Shown here: positions 1 through 9,838 of the stretch, piece by piece
How the letters are laid out: each line of letters opens with the position of its first letter
How positions within the stretch are numbered: position 1 is the stretch's first letter
NCBI GenBank assembly: GCA_016206155.1
Contig: JACQSC010000002.1
Coordinates: 143,473 to 207,472 of the forward strand
DNA length: 64,000 bases
Source: Candidatus Uhrbacteria bacterium
GTDB lineage: Bacteria > Patescibacteriota > Patescibacteriia > JACQRZ01
Reading direction: 5' to 3'
Notes under the pieces: model-generated
The model's database searches: none
Seen by the model: the letters and a program-made list of their open reading frames with translations, nothing else
What the model was told of the DNA's origin: nothing
Translations under genes and position numbers: made by a program

Positions 1-235
1 TGCGGATAAAGAGCGTTCCAATTGGAAAAAGTTTTGATACTCTATGGAACAGCCGTGGCGTATTTTGGAGCGTGCTGAATATGTCGAAATCATATGAATA
101 GCGATGCCCCATTTGAAGCGAAAGGGCAGTACCCCCGACGAGGTAGCGATGTGGGGCAATCTGAAAAAGTGAAGAAAATATTTTTTTCTGCGCTTCATCG
201 AGCAATTCGAGATGCAGGGCCAATTGTTTTGACAT
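1..235 (-). CDS. AbiEii/AbiGii-family nucleotidyltransferase toxin (5' part; runs off the window edge)
   Basis: Not in the ORF track. Manual minus-strand translation from ATG at 235 gives MSKQLALHLELLDEAQKKIFSSLFQIAPHRYLVGGTALSLQMGHRYSYDFDIFS, carrying the GGTAL...HRxSxDxD signature. Confidence 0.85.
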   Translation of the reverse strand, partial: MSKQLALHLELLDEAQKKIFSSLFQIAPHRYLVGGTALSLQMGHRYSYDFDIFSTLQNTPRLFHRVSKLFPIGTLFIR

Positions 236-527
236 AGAGTGATTCTTGTGCTGATGGAGCATTGAGAAAAAATTTCGCAAAACTAAATGCGGGCGCTGAA
301 TAGAACCCACGGTAGGGTTTCAGAAATGAGGCTCTCATTGACCGTTTTCCATACACAGCCTCGAGTTGGCGTATATCTGCAATCGATCCATAGGCGAGGA
401 GCGTATGGATGACGATATAACGATCCTGAGTGAGGTCAATTTTTTCAGGATCACAAAACCAAAAAAAGGGACGCCAATTTTTAGGTATGTTCTTCATAAG
501 GGTAGTATAGCATATTTCTTCAGGCAT
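195..527 (-). CDS. DUF6922-like protein, putative antitoxin partner of AbiEii
   Basis: FFWFCDPEKIDLTQDRYIVIHTLLAYGSIADIRQLEAVYG pattern; overlaps the start of the AbiEii gene. Confidence 0.7.
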   Translation of the reverse strand: MPEEICYTTLMKNIPKNWRPFFWFCDPEKIDLTQDRYIVIHTLLAYGSIADIRQLEAVYGKRSMRASFLKPYRGFYSAPAFSFAKFFLNAPSAQESLYVKTIGPASRIAR

Positions 528-607
528 GTAAATCCTTGTTCTACGTTATCCCCTCCTATTTCCTTTCATGTCGTGGTATACTAACAGCAAGAGATATATT
601 TCTCCCC

Positions 608-3600
608 ATGAGTATGCTACATGAACCATATTCCTCATCACGAGGGAAGAGCGCGTATCTGTTGAGCGCGCTGTTTGTCGTCCTTGTCGGGACGGCTTTT
701 TTGATTGTGCCAAATGGCGCGTATGCCATAAGTGCGGCTCCAACCCTTCCCGCACCTGTTTCCGGCGCCCCCAAAGCCCTTCCAGCAGATCACCTTCTTG
801 ATGTATTGAATAAGCAGACGTCAACACGAGCCGCATCAGACGCCTCCGCGTTTTCCGGCACCGTCAAGATTGGCGGGGCGACACAAGCCGCTAAAGGCAT
901 ACTTGAAATTGGCGACGTTGGAGTTACGCACGATGCGTTTCTCCTCAGTGTCGCAAGTGGCATTGCATCTACGGGCGTGGGCGCTAACAATCGCAAGGCA
1001 TTGGTGCTCCAAGGTGGTCCGACGCCAAAAATATCGGCGTACGATTATGTCGCTCGAGCTGGAATGAAACTGACCATAAACCCCGACAACAGTGATGTTG
1101 TCATTGTTCCCGGTGGCGGCAGAGTAGGCATTGGGACCATACCAACCGCAAGCAGTGTCGGACTGCTTCAAATTGCGAAAACGAACGATCGTTATTCAGG
1201 CATTACATTTAATGATTCACGTTTGCGTTTGGGATCGGATCCGAATGGAAACGGTGCGATATTTGCTCAAGGTGGTGGTGCAATACTTGAAGTTGGCGCT
1301 CAAGGGTATATTTCGTTTACCACGGGAGCTATCGCTGGACACGCTACCGAAAAAATGCGTATTAATGAAGCCGGCAACGTCGGGATTGGGACGACAGAGC
1401 CAGGCGCCGCGTTAGAGGTTAAGCGCACCGTCGGCAATGGCAATGCTGAAATCTTTGCTAATTACAATGGAACAAATATTGGCAGGTTAAATGCAGCCTC
1501 AAATGGAAATGTTTATATGGGTGTATCTAGTGGGACTGGCGATTTAGCAATTGGCGTCAATGATAATGTTACCGCTTTGAATATTTTAGGCAAAGTCATC
1601 AAACGCGAAGATAACGTTGAAGTTGGCAGCATCGGCAACGTAGGCATCGGGATAGCGAAACCACTGGCAAAGCTTCATATTGAGGGACAGAGTACTTGGG
1701 GTGGGCTTACGATAAAAAATAAAAATAATTGGTACACCCATTTTAATTATCCTGACGACAAAAATTATATTCGCGGCACTACTATCATCGCCGATAACGA
1801 CGCCAACGTCAAAGTCGGCATCGGGACGTCAAGCCCTGGTTATAAACTGGAAGTAAATGGTGATATTCGTACTGGCGCTGGAGGTGACATTCGTTTAGGT
1901 CCCGCTAACTCTGGAACTGATGCGATATTATACTCCGACAACGGGGAATTAAGCTTTTACACCAATAAGGACAGGAGAATGGTCCTTGATACTTCAGGGA
2001 GACTTGGCATTGGGACGCCAGAACCAGAAAATAAGCTTGAAATTAGTGGAAATAATCAAGCCATTGCACTAACAACCGGTGGTGGAGAAAAGAATAATCT
2101 ATACGGAGGGAGATGGCGCGTACATGATACAGGTAATGGCGTGTATACAAGTTTTGATACAAAAAATGTCAATAGCTGGACAAATGATAGGCTTACCATT
2201 TTATCGAGCAATGGCAACGTCGGCATCGGGACTACCGCGCCCGTTGTCGCTGGAGGAGGTTTTACTGGAATAGATATACGTGGGACTAATGGTTCCAGTG
2301 TAGTACTCGGAAAATCAGGAGGATCACCCACTTTTCTTTACAGTGATAGTTCATATTTGAATTTTGAGACCCCGGGCGTTATTGCATTTCGTCCTGGAGG
2401 CTCAGAAAAGATGATAATAACAAGCGATGGCAAAGTCGGGATTGGGACGACAACGCCAGAATCAAAATTGCATATTCAAAATGTTCTTGAGGGAAATCCG
2501 GCAGACAAATCGCTCTTCTCAATCTATGATCTCCACAACCAGGGTAGAAACGGTCAATATTTCAGAATACTTGGAGGGACAAGGGGGATTAATCTTATAT
2601 CGAACTGGACTAGTTTGAGTTTCGGTGCGAGATATGATGCGGGAGGTGAATTTAAGCAGGATCTTACGATCGACACGAATGGCAAAGTCGGGATTGGGAC
2701 AACGAGTCCGAGAGTAAAACTTGAGGTTGCTGGCAGTGTTTCGACAGGACTGCTGGCTCCTAGAAATACGTACCTTGCGGATACATATCCGACATTTAGT
2801 GGATGGTCAAACACTCAAACTTCAACATGTGGGACATGGGAGATGCTTGGAGGATTTGAAATTCTTGGAGGAAGAGACTATGTAAGAAAAACAATACCAA
2901 ATTTGCCTGCCGGAGATTATATTGTTGAGTTTGATTTTTATAAAATTGATAGCTGGGATGGTGAACTGGCGATTTTTATGTGGAATGATGATCGTAAATG
3001 GAGCAGGAAGTATTATTCATCAGAGGGAACACAAATCTGTGGCCAGCAACATAACAATTGGAATGAGGATAAAGCTCATGTAGCAGTGGAAGTAAATCAA
3101 ACAGAGACTGGAAATGCTACATTACACTTTGGCGCAACGCTTGACAGTCATGCTGGGGATGAGTCATGGGGAGTGAATAATATAGTGGTGTATAAGAAAG
3201 GAAGCACGACAACTCTAGCCGCGATAGGAGATTTGAAAGTCAACGGCAACGTCGGGATTGGGACGAGTGATCCTTGGGCAAAGCTCCACATCGAGGGACG
3301 GGATAAGTGGGGTGGGCTTGCGATTGTGAATGCGAATACTCATGTCACCCATTTTAATTATCCTGACGGCAAAAATTATATTCGCGGCACTACTATCATC
3401 GCCGATGACGGCGGCAACGTCGGGATCGGCACTACGAGCCCGCATTCCGAACGAAAACTCCATGTCATGGGAACTGAAAGGATAGAAACGGCAGCCGATG
3501 CATGGAATTGGCTCGAAATTGCGCGAGGTGACGACACGATCTATTTTGGAAGCGACGTTACTAATCGCGGAATTTGGTCAAACGGTAGACGTGGCGTTGG

Positions 3601-5323
3601 TATTTATACTAATAGCTACAATAGACTTTATGTAAGGGGTGATACTGGCAACGTCGGCATCGGGACGACAGTTCCGAACCAAAAATTGGAAGTAAAAGCC
3701 GGCGATGGTACGAACAGTTTGATTTATGGTCTGAAATTGGAAAATGTTGGTGCCCAAGATGACGGTAATGGAGTTGCAACCGGCATACTGTTTGGAGTAA
3801 GTAGTAGCGCTGACTCTAACCGCGGGAAAGGCGGTTTGGTCTATGCTTATCCACCTAGCGGAGGGACATGGAATAGGGGCGACTTTTATTTCTTACAGAA
3901 CACTGATGAAACTTCTGCTGTTGCAGGCTTGTCAGACGCAGTCATGACCATAAAAAACAACGGCAACGTCGGGATTGGGACAGACCCATCAAGTCCTTTC
4001 CATATACTGAACTCATCTGGTGACATGATGAGGATTCAGAATTCTGGAGGGGGTGAAGCCGACATTCGATATCTTACGGGCAGTAGTAGTTGGGAGGTGG
4101 GCACGAACAATGTTGGCAACGGGACAGACAAAAATCAATTTTATATCTATGATGCAAGCGGCGTTCCTAATCCCTATGCATTTACCGTGCAGCGTGGAAC
4201 TGGCAACGTCGGCATTGGGATGACCCCCCTAACAGAAAAATTGGAGGTCGCAGGTTCGATCAAAGCAAACGATCACATTGAATCGCGCTGGACTAGTGTT
4301 GTAGATACCGCCTATAACGCAAACCCACGTACCTATTATACAAGCAGAAATATGACAATGCGGACGGGCCTTAATGAGCAATACGAACTTGGTGAAATTG
4401 CTGTAACGTCACAACATCCTCTTGCATTTTATGCCAATGGTTATGAGCATATGCGCATCACCGTGGATGGCAAAGTCGGGATTGGGACGGCAGATCCGAA
4501 AGAAGGTCTTGATGTTTATGGTAAACGCACTGTCCTTCGAGGAGGATTATATGTCGGCGGAAATGACAATTTTAATTGGATTTCTGGATTTTTTAGTAAG
4601 CCGCTTGCATTCTTTGTCCGCGATAATAGTGGAGCATTTTCAGAAAAAATGAGAATTTTGCAGAACGGTTACGTCGGGATTGGAACGGATGAACCAAAAA
4701 CAAAACTTGATGTTCAGGGTGGGGATATCAACGTTGGGTATCTCGGAGAAAAAAAGAAATTCGCTGATTTGTCAAAACATGAAAAATTGGCGTTTGAAAC
4801 CGATCGTGTCGGGCTCGATGTTGCAGAGCTTTTTGAATCAGAAGAAACCGTTGAGGTCGGAGATTTGTTAGTGGTATCAGCGACAAACGAACGTAAACTC
4901 AAAAAATCATCCCATTCCTACCAAGACACGATTGTCGGCGTTGTGTCCGGTTCGCCCGCGCTTCTTTTTGAGGGCAGTGAGTTAAAGCTTGGGGCAAAAC
5001 CGAATAGATTTGAAAAAGGCGAAAAGCCCCCTGTTGCGCTTGCCGGCCGCATTCCGGTAAAAGTGTCTCTTGAAAACGGTACGATCAAGCCCGGTGATTA
5101 TCTTACCACGTCCAGCAAACCGGGCGTTGCCATGAAGGCAACCGAACCCGGCATGACAATAGGCGTTGCGCTTGAGAGTTATGACGGCGAGGGCGATGGG
5201 AAAATTTTGGTTTTTCTCAATCTTGGTGAAAAGAACACAAGCAGTGTTATCAAAGAGCTTCAAGGGCTTCTCAAATCCCTTGAACGCCGCATCCGGATGA
5301 TGGAATACAAACCCCGATGGTAA
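608..5323 (+). CDS. Large secreted fibre/adhesin with ~15 G(N/K)VGIGT repeats and a C-terminal intramolecular-chaperone-like (peptidase G2/S74-like) domain
   Basis: N-terminal hydrophobic signal ending AYA. Repeated GNVGIGTxxP junctions. C-terminal DVAELF...GDLL...VGVVS...VALAGRIPVKV...GDYLTTS...G.A motif followed by a coiled coil. ATG 608 preferred to TTG 536. Confidence 0.8.
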   Translation: MSMLHEPYSSSRGKSAYLLSALFVVLVGTAFLIVPNGAYAISAAPTLPAPVSGAPKALPADHLLDVLNKQTSTRAASDASAFSGTVKIGGATQAAKGILEIGDVGVTHDAFLLSVASGIASTGVGANNRKALVLQGGPTPKISAYDYVARAGMKLTINPDNSDVVIVPGGGRVGIGTIPTASSVGLLQIAKTNDRYSGITFNDSRLRLGSDPNGNGAIFAQGGGAILEVGAQGYISFTTGAIAGHATEKMRINEAGNVGIGTTEPGAALEVKRTVGNGNAEIFANYNGTNIGRLNAASNGNVYMGVSSGTGDLAIGVNDNVTALNILGKVIKREDNVEVGSIGNVGIGIAKPLAKLHIEGQSTWGGLTIKNKNNWYTHFNYPDDKNYIRGTTIIADNDANVKVGIGTSSPGYKLEVNGDIRTGAGGDIRLGPANSGTDAILYSDNGELSFYTNKDRRMVLDTSGRLGIGTPEPENKLEISGNNQAIALTTGGGEKNNLYGGRWRVHDTGNGVYTSFDTKNVNSWTNDRLTILSSNGNVGIGTTAPVVAGGGFTGIDIRGTNGSSVVLGKSGGSPTFLYSDSSYLNFETPGVIAFRPGGSEKMIITSDGKVGIGTTTPESKLHIQNVLEGNPADKSLFSIYDLHNQGRNGQYFRILGGTRGINLISNWTSLSFGARYDAGGEFKQDLTIDTNGKVGIGTTSPRVKLEVAGSVSTGLLAPRNTYLADTYPTFSGWSNTQTSTCGTWEMLGGFEILGGRDYVRKTIPNLPAGDYIVEFDFYKIDSWDGELAIFMWNDDRKWSRKYYSSEGTQICGQQHNNWNEDKAHVAVEVNQTETGNATLHFGATLDSHAGDESWGVNNIVVYKKGSTTTLAAIGDLKVNGNVGIGTSDPWAKLHIEGRDKWGGLAIVNANTHVTHFNYPDGKNYIRGTTIIADDGGNVGIGTTSPHSERKLHVMGTERIETAADAWNWLEIARGDDTIYFGSDVTNRGIWSNGRRGVGIYTNSYNRLYVRGDTGNVGIGTTVPNQKLEVKAGDGTNSLIYGLKLENVGAQDDGNGVATGILFGVSSSADSNRGKGGLVYAYPPSGGTWNRGDFYFLQNTDETSAVAGLSDAVMTIKNNGNVGIGTDPSSPFHILNSSGDMMRIQNSGGGEADIRYLTGSSSWEVGTNNVGNGTDKNQFYIYDASGVPNPYAFTVQRGTGNVGIGMTPLTEKLEVAGSIKANDHIESRWTSVVDTAYNANPRTYYTSRNMTMRTGLNEQYELGEIAVTSQHPLAFYANGYEHMRITVDGKVGIGTADPKEGLDVYGKRTVLRGGLYVGGNDNFNWISGFFSKPLAFFVRDNSGAFSEKMRILQNGYVGIGTDEPKTKLDVQGGDINVGYLGEKKKFADLSKHEKLAFETDRVGLDVAELFESEETVEVGDLLVVSATNERKLKKSSHSYQDTIVGVVSGSPALLFEGSELKLGAKPNRFEKGEKPPVALAGRIPVKVSLENGTIKPGDYLTTSSKPGVAMKATEPGMTIGVALESYDGEGDGKILVFLNLGEKNTSSVIKELQGLLKSLERRIRMMEYKPRW

Positions 5324-5343
5324 TGAGTATATGAATTTGGCGT

Positions 5344-7362
5344 ATGAATATAAAGGTAAAATCAGGGGCTGTTTTTTTGGTTGCGGTTATTTTTGGACTG
5401 TTTGCATTTGGAACTCACGATGCAAATGCGGCATCCTATTGCATTTCGAATGACTGCAGACCCATTCCGCCGCCAAGTCAAAAAAAATATGTTGCACCAT
5501 ATAATGTTTTTGATACAGAAAACAAATACTGCGCTAATAAGGGAAAAAACTGCACCCCTGTTTGGCCGATTAGTTCATATAGGAAGTCGATTGATAGTGT
5601 AGGATATTGTACGAAATATAAATGTGTTTCTCCATGGCTGACAACTATAGAATTAGCGAACATTCAGAAGCAGACAGACGGATACAGCGCATGGCTTGAA
5701 GCAGTTTTTTTTACGCAAGGGGAAGTAACGAACATATCATGGGGTGTGGAGAAGGCGGGAGAGTCCGAAAAAAAGTGCGAGGAACGTCGCGTAAGTTTTA
5801 TCCGATCAAAAGATGTGCCATGCGGCTGGAGAAATTCTTCTACGAGTGTAGAAAGATTGGATAAAGATTCTCAAATGTATAGCGCCAAATTCAGAAATTA
5901 TTATTCGAAAGATCCCAAAAAATGTGATTTCCGCGTAACCGGACCACAAGGATTTCCATCTGAATTTGGCTTTTGTCTAACACAAACACTTCCGCCGCCG
6001 CCCGTAATAAATTATTTTACGATCAACGGTTTGCCGGATATTGCATTTGTGCCAAGAGGGAAACGATTTACAGTAGCATGGAATATTTTTGGGGCAACAT
6101 CAATATCTATCGAACCATTAACACTGGAGGGTTTAGCACAACAAGTTGATAATGCTGGAAATTTAGATGCAGGACATTGGATGAACAAGGCGCTACGCCA
6201 AAATTGGTTAGTTTCAACGAGCTGGAAAAATGATATTGCAAAACTTACAGGAGGAGGCGAATTCGGCTTATCGGCCCAAGCTCATACGAGGTATCGTTTG
6301 ACAGCCTCTAATCCTGGCGGTAAAACAGTAAAAGACGTTATTATTAATGTGCCAAGAAATAGTTATGGTAAATGGTTTCGAGCACTACCTCCGCAGGGGA
6401 TAAAATATGTACTTCCTGACGGCACAATTGACTATGCAGTTAAGTATCTGGAGGAGTATTACGTAACGGACACTAAGCGTTCGTATGGTGTTACAAATTA
6501 TGTTCCCCCTAATGCAAAGGATATTGGCCGCTTTGATTTTATGGATTCAAAAGAGTACGTTAAGGCACGTGACTCTGTCATACGCGGCGATAAAATCAAT
6601 GCTAGCGGCACTCGTATTAGTTCACAAGAAGAATTTGAAAAAATATTCGGACCACCACCATGTCTTGGCGGAAAAACATATGATATATCAGATACTGAAA
6701 CCAGCGGTTTGTTCGGTCCTCGTTATTTAACACCCACGTTCTGGTGTTCAAATGAAAATGATGGTATGTGTGTAGACTATGGACCCGATTGCGATGGAGT
6801 TGACTTACAAGCAGAATGGGATAAAGCTCCAAACGGTATAACTTTCAGGTGCACGTTGGCTGGATTAAAAGCACGGATAGCTACGTGTGTCGGTGAGCAT
6901 GAACGTAAGATTACCTATCTTACACAAGGAAGATATCATAGTAAAGCAGGAATATCGGTAATACAACAATTCTTTACTACACTTTTATTGGCACAATTAT
7001 TTGGAAGTAATGCCAGTAACGCTAGCGTACAGTCATCAAACCTTCCAGCTTCAATGTTAAATTTGCGGTGCCCAACCTGTGATATTGTTAAAAAAGAAGG
7101 TTTTAGTCCTCAGGGAAGCCTTATTCTTGGGCAGGGTGGCGTGCACCAAGATGCAAACGAATTAATGAAACGTATTGGAGAAAAGGAGGCGCGAGATGTA
7201 GGAGTACATTCAGTGAGAGGTTTAAATTTCAACGCAGTTGCTCTTAATAAGGAACCTTTGTCATATAATACGTCTGATTGGATTATGAGTGCGTGCGGAG
7301 CTGATACAGCATGCCAAGATTTTGCAGCGGCAAATGCATATAGGCCAAGGACTTCATGGTGA
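5344..7362 (+). CDS. Secreted Cys-rich protein with Ig-like domain (paralog 1 of 3)
   Basis: Signal peptide ending ANA; YCISNDC and C..WP N-terminal motifs; PPPVINYF...YRLTASNPGG Ig-like segment. Confidence 0.7.
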   Translation: MNIKVKSGAVFLVAVIFGLFAFGTHDANAASYCISNDCRPIPPPSQKKYVAPYNVFDTENKYCANKGKNCTPVWPISSYRKSIDSVGYCTKYKCVSPWLTTIELANIQKQTDGYSAWLEAVFFTQGEVTNISWGVEKAGESEKKCEERRVSFIRSKDVPCGWRNSSTSVERLDKDSQMYSAKFRNYYSKDPKKCDFRVTGPQGFPSEFGFCLTQTLPPPPVINYFTINGLPDIAFVPRGKRFTVAWNIFGATSISIEPLTLEGLAQQVDNAGNLDAGHWMNKALRQNWLVSTSWKNDIAKLTGGGEFGLSAQAHTRYRLTASNPGGKTVKDVIINVPRNSYGKWFRALPPQGIKYVLPDGTIDYAVKYLEEYYVTDTKRSYGVTNYVPPNAKDIGRFDFMDSKEYVKARDSVIRGDKINASGTRISSQEEFEKIFGPPPCLGGKTYDISDTETSGLFGPRYLTPTFWCSNENDGMCVDYGPDCDGVDLQAEWDKAPNGITFRCTLAGLKARIATCVGEHERKITYLTQGRYHSKAGISVIQQFFTTLLLAQLFGSNASNASVQSSNLPASMLNLRCPTCDIVKKEGFSPQGSLILGQGGVHQDANELMKRIGEKEARDVGVHSVRGLNFNAVALNKEPLSYNTSDWIMSACGADTACQDFAAANAYRPRTSW

Positions 7363-7392
7363 TAGTACAATAATATATTTATTTATTCATGT

Positions 7393-7890
7393 ATGATTCT
7401 ATCAGCTAGCGGTTTTATAAAAAAATTATTTAGAATACTCGTTTTACTTGGAATTTTTTGTATCGGATTTATTGGCGGGTATTATTATAATGCTAATGAT
7501 ACGAAGCGGATCGTTTCGGATATGCAAGAAAGAATTATAGACGGATCAGAGATCGCGAAAGTTCAAGGATATCAAGTGGAAGATTTTTATGGAAAAATAA
7601 AAGAATTAAATGGCAGTATTTTATGGGTAAGAAAGATCGTTGGACCAGACGCAGAAACGCAAGATATTATTGAAGTTGGCATTTCCCCTCGCACAGAGCT
7701 TATTGCAATGAAGTATCAAAATGTAAAAGATATTTCTAAACAATTCCTCAAAAGCGATGGGAACATTGGTGAACTAAAAGAGAACATATACGTACGGGTT
7801 TATTACCGCGTAACGGATGCGAATAGTACTGAAAAAGTCGAAGCCCAAACGATATATTATTCAGATAAAAATCCCTTTCTTTTCCAGTAA
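7393..7890 (+). CDS. Membrane-anchored small OB-fold-like (DUF5666-like) protein
   Basis: N-terminal TM helix; FYGKIKEL...LKENIYVRV...VEAQTIY pattern. Confidence 0.5.
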   Translation: MILSASGFIKKLFRILVLLGIFCIGFIGGYYYNANDTKRIVSDMQERIIDGSEIAKVQGYQVEDFYGKIKELNGSILWVRKIVGPDAETQDIIEVGISPRTELIAMKYQNVKDISKQFLKSDGNIGELKENIYVRVYYRVTDANSTEKVEAQTIYYSDKNPFLFQ

Positions 7891-7910
7891 AGCATTGTTT
7901 GCCGTTGTAT

Positions 7911-9683
7911 ATGACACGAGAACAAGAGGACGCGCGTGAAAAATATGCAAATCGTGGAGAATATAATACAGGGTATGTGCGTCAGAGACTGCGCGCGTAC
8001 ATAGCCTCACTTATTGTTTTTTTTTCTCAAGCGCAAGAAGTATCAGCTAAAATAGAATATCAGTTTGATAAACAACAAGGTTCATACGAACTTATTTATC
8101 AAGAAAATGAATCTGAGCGGCCTGTTCATTTTTTGCCAGTTCCAATTGCAGCGATCGGCGAACATGAAAACGGAGAGCGCATACGCCTTCCGTTTTTTGA
8201 TCGATTAAGAAAAATAGACATTACAGAAGGAGGGGTAAATTACTCAATAAAAGATCCGATTGCATTTCGTAATTTTATTGAAAATGAGCTTGACCGCTAT
8301 GTGCGAGCGCTTAACATACATGGAGATATTAAGCCGCAAGATCTTATACAGATAACGGCATTGATAACTAAAAATAATATGCTTCCAACGTCTGATGAGC
8401 GTCTTTTAGATAGCATTAATCATACTCCGTTGGATGAATTACTGATGGGCGTAAAACGCGGTGTTTGCCGTCATTACGCCGCCGCTTTTGAAACGGTGGC
8501 AGAAACTATCATTGAAATCACTCAATCAAAATATCTGCAGAACATTATTGTTGATGAAGTAGGTATGGCCGATGTAAATCATGCATGGAACGTTGTTTAC
8601 CATTTGACTCAAAATAACGGGGCGCATTTTATCAATATGGGATTTATTGATACGACAATCAAGCCACACGGGACATTTTCCGATCTGGGCGAAATCGAAA
8701 AAAGACAAGGCGATGTAAAAAATTTTAGAACCATCTATCTTAATCAATTATATTATGCAGTAAACCCTGAAGATAGAATTGCTGTTGTTCGAGATTCAGT
8801 GCTCTTGGCGGAAAACGAAAAAGAAAAGCTGCAGTACGTGACAGAGCTTGCCTTTACTTTTTTATCGCAAGTTAAAGAACTGTATCAACGGAAAGAAAAT
8901 GGCAAAGCGAGACAAGTATTTGAGGAGGCGGATAAGTATTTTAACAAATGGTACGAACAGTATTCAAAAGACGACACAGCGCTTCAGCATGTGCAGTTTA
9001 TTCGGACAATAATGATATCCATCTATTCTGTTGTGGCAGATAATACGCCTGATGCAGAAGGCAAGGTATCTGTTTACAAACGCGCATTGTTATGGAGCGA
9101 TATATTTAATTATGCTTTGGCGGATGCATATCTAAAAAGCGGCAATCAAGATGAGGCGCGGGCTATTTACGTTGGGATGCTTGAAAACATAAACGACAGC
9201 AGAGTGTTTGAAAAGGTATTTGGATTTTTCAATAAACTCAATGAAAGTGAAAATGTTGAAAAAACATTGAGCGCATACAAAAAATATCTTGAAAAAAGAC
9301 CAGTATCAGAGCAAGCATTCGGTTTTACTATACTTGCCGACGCATATGAGGTATTGGGAAATATTGAACAAAAACTATTATATTTAAAAAAAGCATTTTT
9401 CTGCGACGATGAACGAGCCGAAAGGAGGATGGAGAGAGGGGAACGATACGCTGATTCTGTTCTCGCGCAGGGAGATGCGATAACTGCCAGGAAAATATAT
9501 GATGAAATGTTTAAAATCTATAAAAAAGCAAAAAAGGACGGAAAGATAACCATTCCTTTCAAGCGTCAGATGCCCGGTAAAGGTTTTGTGGAAGTTTTTG
9601 CCGAGGAAGATGTATATAAAGAATATCTAAAGGAGAAACTGGGACAGCCACCGTTTTTACACATTAACGAAGCGGAGAACTAA
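7911..9683 (+). CDS. Exported transglutaminase-like (Cys-His-Asp) protein with C-terminal TPR-like helices
   Basis: GVCRHYA, NHAWN and FIDTT motifs. TPR-like LADAYLKSG..DEARAIY repeats. Last codons read through a cassette site. Confidence 0.7.
   Translation: MTREQEDAREKYANRGEYNTGYVRQRLRAYIASLIVFFSQAQEVSAKIEYQFDKQQGSYELIYQENESERPVHFLPVPIAAIGEHENGERIRLPFFDRLRKIDITEGGVNYSIKDPIAFRNFIENELDRYVRALNIHGDIKPQDLIQITALITKNNMLPTSDERLLDSINHTPLDELLMGVKRGVCRHYAAAFETVAETIIEITQSKYLQNIIVDEVGMADVNHAWNVVYHLTQNNGAHFINMGFIDTTIKPHGTFSDLGEIEKRQGDVKNFRTIYLNQLYYAVNPEDRIAVVRDSVLLAENEKEKLQYVTELAFTFLSQVKELYQRKENGKARQVFEEADKYFNKWYEQYSKDDTALQHVQFIRTIMISIYSVVADNTPDAEGKVSVYKRALLWSDIFNYALADAYLKSGNQDEARAIYVGMLENINDSRVFEKVFGFFNKLNESENVEKTLSAYKKYLEKRPVSEQAFGFTILADAYEVLGNIEQKLLYLKKAFFCDDERAERRMERGERYADSVLAQGDAITARKIYDEMFKIYKKAKKDGKITIPFKRQMPGKGFVEVFAEEDVYKEYLKEKLGQPPFLHINEAEN
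9636..9658. repeat. Cassette-boundary site 1 (AAAC-TGGGAC-A-GCCACC-GTTTTT)
   Basis: Same 13-bp core spacing and A/T flanks as the perfect palindromic sites at 17777 and 22476. Confidence 0.7.
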
Positions 9684-9838
9684 TTCATATTATACACAGA
9701 GTTTTTGGGACATAACCGCATATTTTATTTTATCGCGCAAGAGATCTTATGAAGATCCGTATTTATATTTTCATTCCCATTTTTTTCCTGATTATAGTAA
9801 ATAGTGTAGAGGCAACAATCTGTATTAACGGTGATTGT
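9649..9838 (+). repeat. 190-bp direct repeat copy 1 (copy 2 at 17797-17986)
   Basis: Matches 17797-17986 with two substitutions found by eye; contains the upstream region and first 30 codons of the 900-aa gene. Confidence 0.95.

Noticed and set aside
1660-3421. Diversity-generating retroelement TR/VR pair (many differences fall at adenines of copy 1)
   Set aside because: Several differences are at T, C or G (including synonymous T/C), both copies are in-frame coding modules, and no reverse transcriptase is present in the window.
608-5323. Prophage tail fibre
   Set aside because: The protein has a signal peptide and there are no capsid, terminase, portal or integrase genes nearby; it fits a cellular surface fibre better.
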